From positions 1-27,991 of IMG/VR virus record IMGVR_UViG_3300029226_000043: a stretch of DNA of 27,991 bases; one strand, given 5' to 3'. Below the pieces are notes generated by a model. It did no database searches. It was not told where the DNA came from and saw nothing but the letters and a program-made list of their open reading frames with translations. The stretch is from a virus (taxonomy: Duplodnaviria; Caudoviricetes). Below, one piece after another: positions 26,301 through 27,991 of this stretch; the stretch's first letter is position 1; each line of letters begins with the position of its first letter. The position numbers and the translations under genes were made by a program.

Positions 26301-27804
26301 TGTTAACAATCCTGCGCCAGAAGTGCCAGGTGGCATCTCATCAGCAGCAGCTTTACAAACTATATTCATAGATTTAATTACACCATCCGATTTGGACTAT
26401 GAAGGCATAATTGTTTGGATGAGTGAGACGAGCGGTTTTACCCCTGTAGGTAAAGAACAAGGAGCAGGCAATTGTGTCTACAAAGGAAAGGCAGATAGCA
26501 TAATTATATCCGATGTTGCGTCAGGCACAACGAAGTACTTTCAGCTTGCGGCTTACGATGCATTCGGCACTGATGAATTAAATTATAGTACAGAGTTTGC
26601 AGAATCACCACTCGCCCAATTTGAATATATTGAACCACTATCCATAACAGATGTAGAGTTAGCGTCGGGGGCAGTCACAACATTAAAGATAGCGGCAGAC
26701 GCTGTTACAAACGCAAAGATCGCAACCGATGCTGTAAGCGCAGACAATATACAAGCTGCGACAATTGGGGCTACAGAAATTGCGAACAACGCAATCACTT
26801 CAACTAAAATAGCAAGCAATGCCGTTACAACCGGCAAACTATCAGCAAATTCTGTTACAGCGGCGAAGATTGTAGCGAATACGATTACGTCGAATGAGAT
26901 AGCGACAGGGGCGGTCACTGCAGATGAAATAGCAGCAAATGCTATTGTAGCAGGCAAGATAGCCGCTGATGCGATTGTAGCAGCAAACATTGTTGCGGGT
27001 TCAGTTACAGCCGTAGAGATTGCCGCGAATACGATTACATCAGTTGAAATACTTGCGAATACTATTGGTGCCAATGAGATTGAGGCACTGTCTATAAGGT
27101 CCAACGAGATTGCCGCAGGTGCGATTACATCAGATAAAGTTAGCACGGGCGCTATCGTCGCCGATAAAATCTTTGCGGGTGCGGTTACGGCGGGCAAGAT
27201 TGCCGCAGGTTCAATAACAGCAACAGATTTAAACACAACAAACGCAGTGATCACTGGAACCGCACAGATCGCGAATAGCATCGTAACAAACGCGAAGATT
27301 GCCAACGCGACAATTACAGGGGCGAAGATTGGTAGCTTGCAGATCGCTACAAATAATTTAGCAAATGGGGGTGTATCAACAGGTAAAATCGCATACCAAG
27401 CTGTCACTATTCCGAAAAATTATTATGCGGCGGCATTGCAGACTTTCACGCCGACCGTGAGTAACCAATGGTTTACTATCCTCCAGGGAAGTTTCACTTC
27501 GACGGGTGCACCAATACACATAACTGTGTCGGCATTATTGGATGGCGTGGAAAACAGTGCTGACCTATTCGGTAGTATGCGGCTAGTGAGGGCTGGGGCC
27601 GTTCTAGCAGAGTGGTCAGGATGTTTTCAGCAATTTCACTCATCAACTCCGACACATCGTACACAAGTTGCAGCATCACTCAGGGATACTATCGGGGGAC
27701 AGACATTACAGTACTACTTGCAGATTAAAAGTGCTGGAGCGATAACTTCGAGTATACAAGCACAACAAGTAAATATTCTGTTTTTGGAGGTAAAAAACTC
27801 GTGA
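23302..27804 (+). CDS. Tail tip/central fibre protein (lambda gpI-like N-terminus fused to gpJ-like), with 10-aa repeats
   Basis: Ubiquitin-like N-terminus plus Gly/Ala stretch, NSIR...PIPII.G, GQYEVRVTR, SNPAW, FN3-like segments, and a long run of AVTxxKIAxx repeats (about 26640-27410). Confidence 0.9.
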   Translation: MAQASFSPHPLLPKKDQRHVEFEIQTGDSLQDVLDKSGLDIVGEPRIWVNGFEEKNFKRVMAVNDVLNIKADVQGGDGSNPVAIVAMIALIYFTGGIGAAAFGAGTFGAGAVNMAIMVVGSLLINKLFPPDTPSFEDSPSPTYSLTGGRNSIRIDQPIPIICGTHKYIPDLGARPYATYEGEDQYLYQVFHFGMNPDIDILNLKIGEDVLGNYQDVTTPDISPGSTGTLTLFPGNVDSIAGSEITVAGGSTIRTSAIDTTQLQLDFEALLVAYNSKGRARPMTVEFNIEYRNVNDVDWLPFQPSYQKLVREAYSDQFTSYPAVYAPSTAAVLTNNSRKPVRKTYSKPVVQGQYEVRVTRITQESADTSAADDLTWTALRSYQPDTSDYTGQKRMGLKIRSTAQFNGAVDQLSATVSAKCLVFNGSTWSIEATSNPAWWYLYFARGRYAADGRLEFGGGFADNEIDIEGIKDWAVWCDAKDLQFNYVFDRRMVVADILNTIARAGRGAISYHTGSLSVIYDQGSQPITQVFGMSNIKADSFQVSYISEELADEIILEFRNRDLDYQLDEVRVTIPGVAIPTNPQKTRIKGVTNKIQAGKEANLIASEQVFRRRRVSFDTDVEGLMVNKGDIIVVGHDLTNWAKTGRLSNDGSQSTTQITLDRELTFDNGSGTAYYIGVRHPNGDYEVVQAQYNANASNTITLLQSLSTNPSSYPNNETQDAIWQFEPDATPGKKLKVIDIQIVGSDMSEVSITAVDEDDAYYLTEDGSYVYDTSALFNTDVAQATNLRFYENINDSSGQAVLGFTWDLSNNANGARLQITKNGGDTIDYGVVYGLSYEIAVQAKDTYTIKLLAVPIDPKRTTSVALVDTYTVLGIYLDQVLLPAMEDVTGLELFNGTNATEYTGNVAKFVWRVSNVQYDAWDINTFADEGAEGADFKDYQVQILNDDLSVRRTEYIVYNNYEYSVEKNIEDGGGTATRDFTIEVKRRGIQGQLSLNPAKLTVNNPAPEVPGGISSAAALQTIFIDLITPSDLDYEGIIVWMSETSGFTPVGKEQGAGNCVYKGKADSIIISDVASGTTKYFQLAAYDAFGTDELNYSTEFAESPLAQFEYIEPLSITDVELASGAVTTLKIAADAVTNAKIATDAVSADNIQAATIGATEIANNAITSTKIASNAVTTGKLSANSVTAAKIVANTITSNEIATGAVTADEIAANAIVAGKIAADAIVAANIVAGSVTAVEIAANTITSVEILANTIGANEIEALSIRSNEIAAGAITSDKVSTGAIVADKIFAGAVTAGKIAAGSITATDLNTTNAVITGTAQIANSIVTNAKIANATITGAKIGSLQIATNNLANGGVSTGKIAYQAVTIPKNYYAAALQTFTPTVSNQWFTILQGSFTSTGAPIHITVSALLDGVENSADLFGSMRLVRAGAVLAEWSGCFQQFHSSTPTHRTQVAASLRDTIGGQTLQYYLQIKSAGAITSSIQAQQVNILFLEVKNS

Positions 27805-27991
27805 GAAATACAACATACGCAATTTACAACACCACATCAGGAAGAATAATTGCGATTGCTAATGGTGATGATGAAGACGCACCGCTAGATGCAGTAGATG
27901 GCAAATCGGTCATACTGGATATAGACCCATCCACTAGCAATGTTACAGATTACATCCTTGGTGGTGAAGTTACACTAAGGCCAGCAATGGG
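27801..27991 (+). CDS. Partial ORF, possible tail fibre assembly protein; runs off the window
   Basis: SD GGAGG and GTGA overlap. MRNTTYAIYNTTSGRII...DYILGGEVTLRPAM is open to the end. Confidence 0.7.
   Translation, partial: MRNTTYAIYNTTSGRIIAIANGDDEDAPLDAVDGKSVILDIDPSTSNVTDYILGGEVTLRPAM

Larger units (their letters stand above)
1..27991 (+). mobile_element. Tailed phage (siphovirus-like, HK97-type head) genome segment, incomplete at the right end
   Basis: Canonical terminase-portal-protease-capsid-neck-tail-TMP-tail tip gene order. No host housekeeping genes are present and all supportable genes are co-oriented. Confidence 0.97.

Noticed and set aside
26583-27407. 274-aa minus-strand ORF
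   Set aside because: Shadow of the Ala/Ile/Thr repeat region of the tail tip gene.
1212-27679. Remaining minus-strand ORFs and nested + ORF 15634-15873 in the track
   Set aside because: Most overlap well-supported + strand genes, lack SDs and show no recognisable motifs.

Overview
This window is about 28 kb of a tailed dsDNA phage with every supportable gene on the + strand. 1-5.3 kb holds an origin-like repeat block, a 567-aa protein with family-A/T7-superfamily polymerase motifs but no recognisable exonuclease domain, and small accessory genes. 5.3-6.3 kb is a repeat-rich non-coding gap. 6.3-28 kb is an HK97/GTA-like siphovirus morphogenesis operon (TerS, TerL, portal, MuF-like, protease, capsid, neck, tail tube, frameshifted chaperone, tape measure, lambda-like tail tip), with a 4-gene insertion in the head module and one intact plus one decayed NUMOD3 homing endonuclease. 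The strongest unexplained signal is the T4-type late promoter motif [A/C]TAAATA at about 18 positions, nearly all at gene boundaries, including in front of the polymerase-like gene and a candidate antisense sRNA. No sigma factor, gp55/gp33/gp45, integrase, repressor or lysis gene is visible in the window. One hypothesis (inference only) is a virion-encoding, virophage-like satellite that borrows the late transcription machinery of a T4-like phage. Alternatively the sigma gene lies outside the window, or the polymerase-like protein is itself the RNA polymerase. All family calls are by-eye motif recognition; no searches were run.
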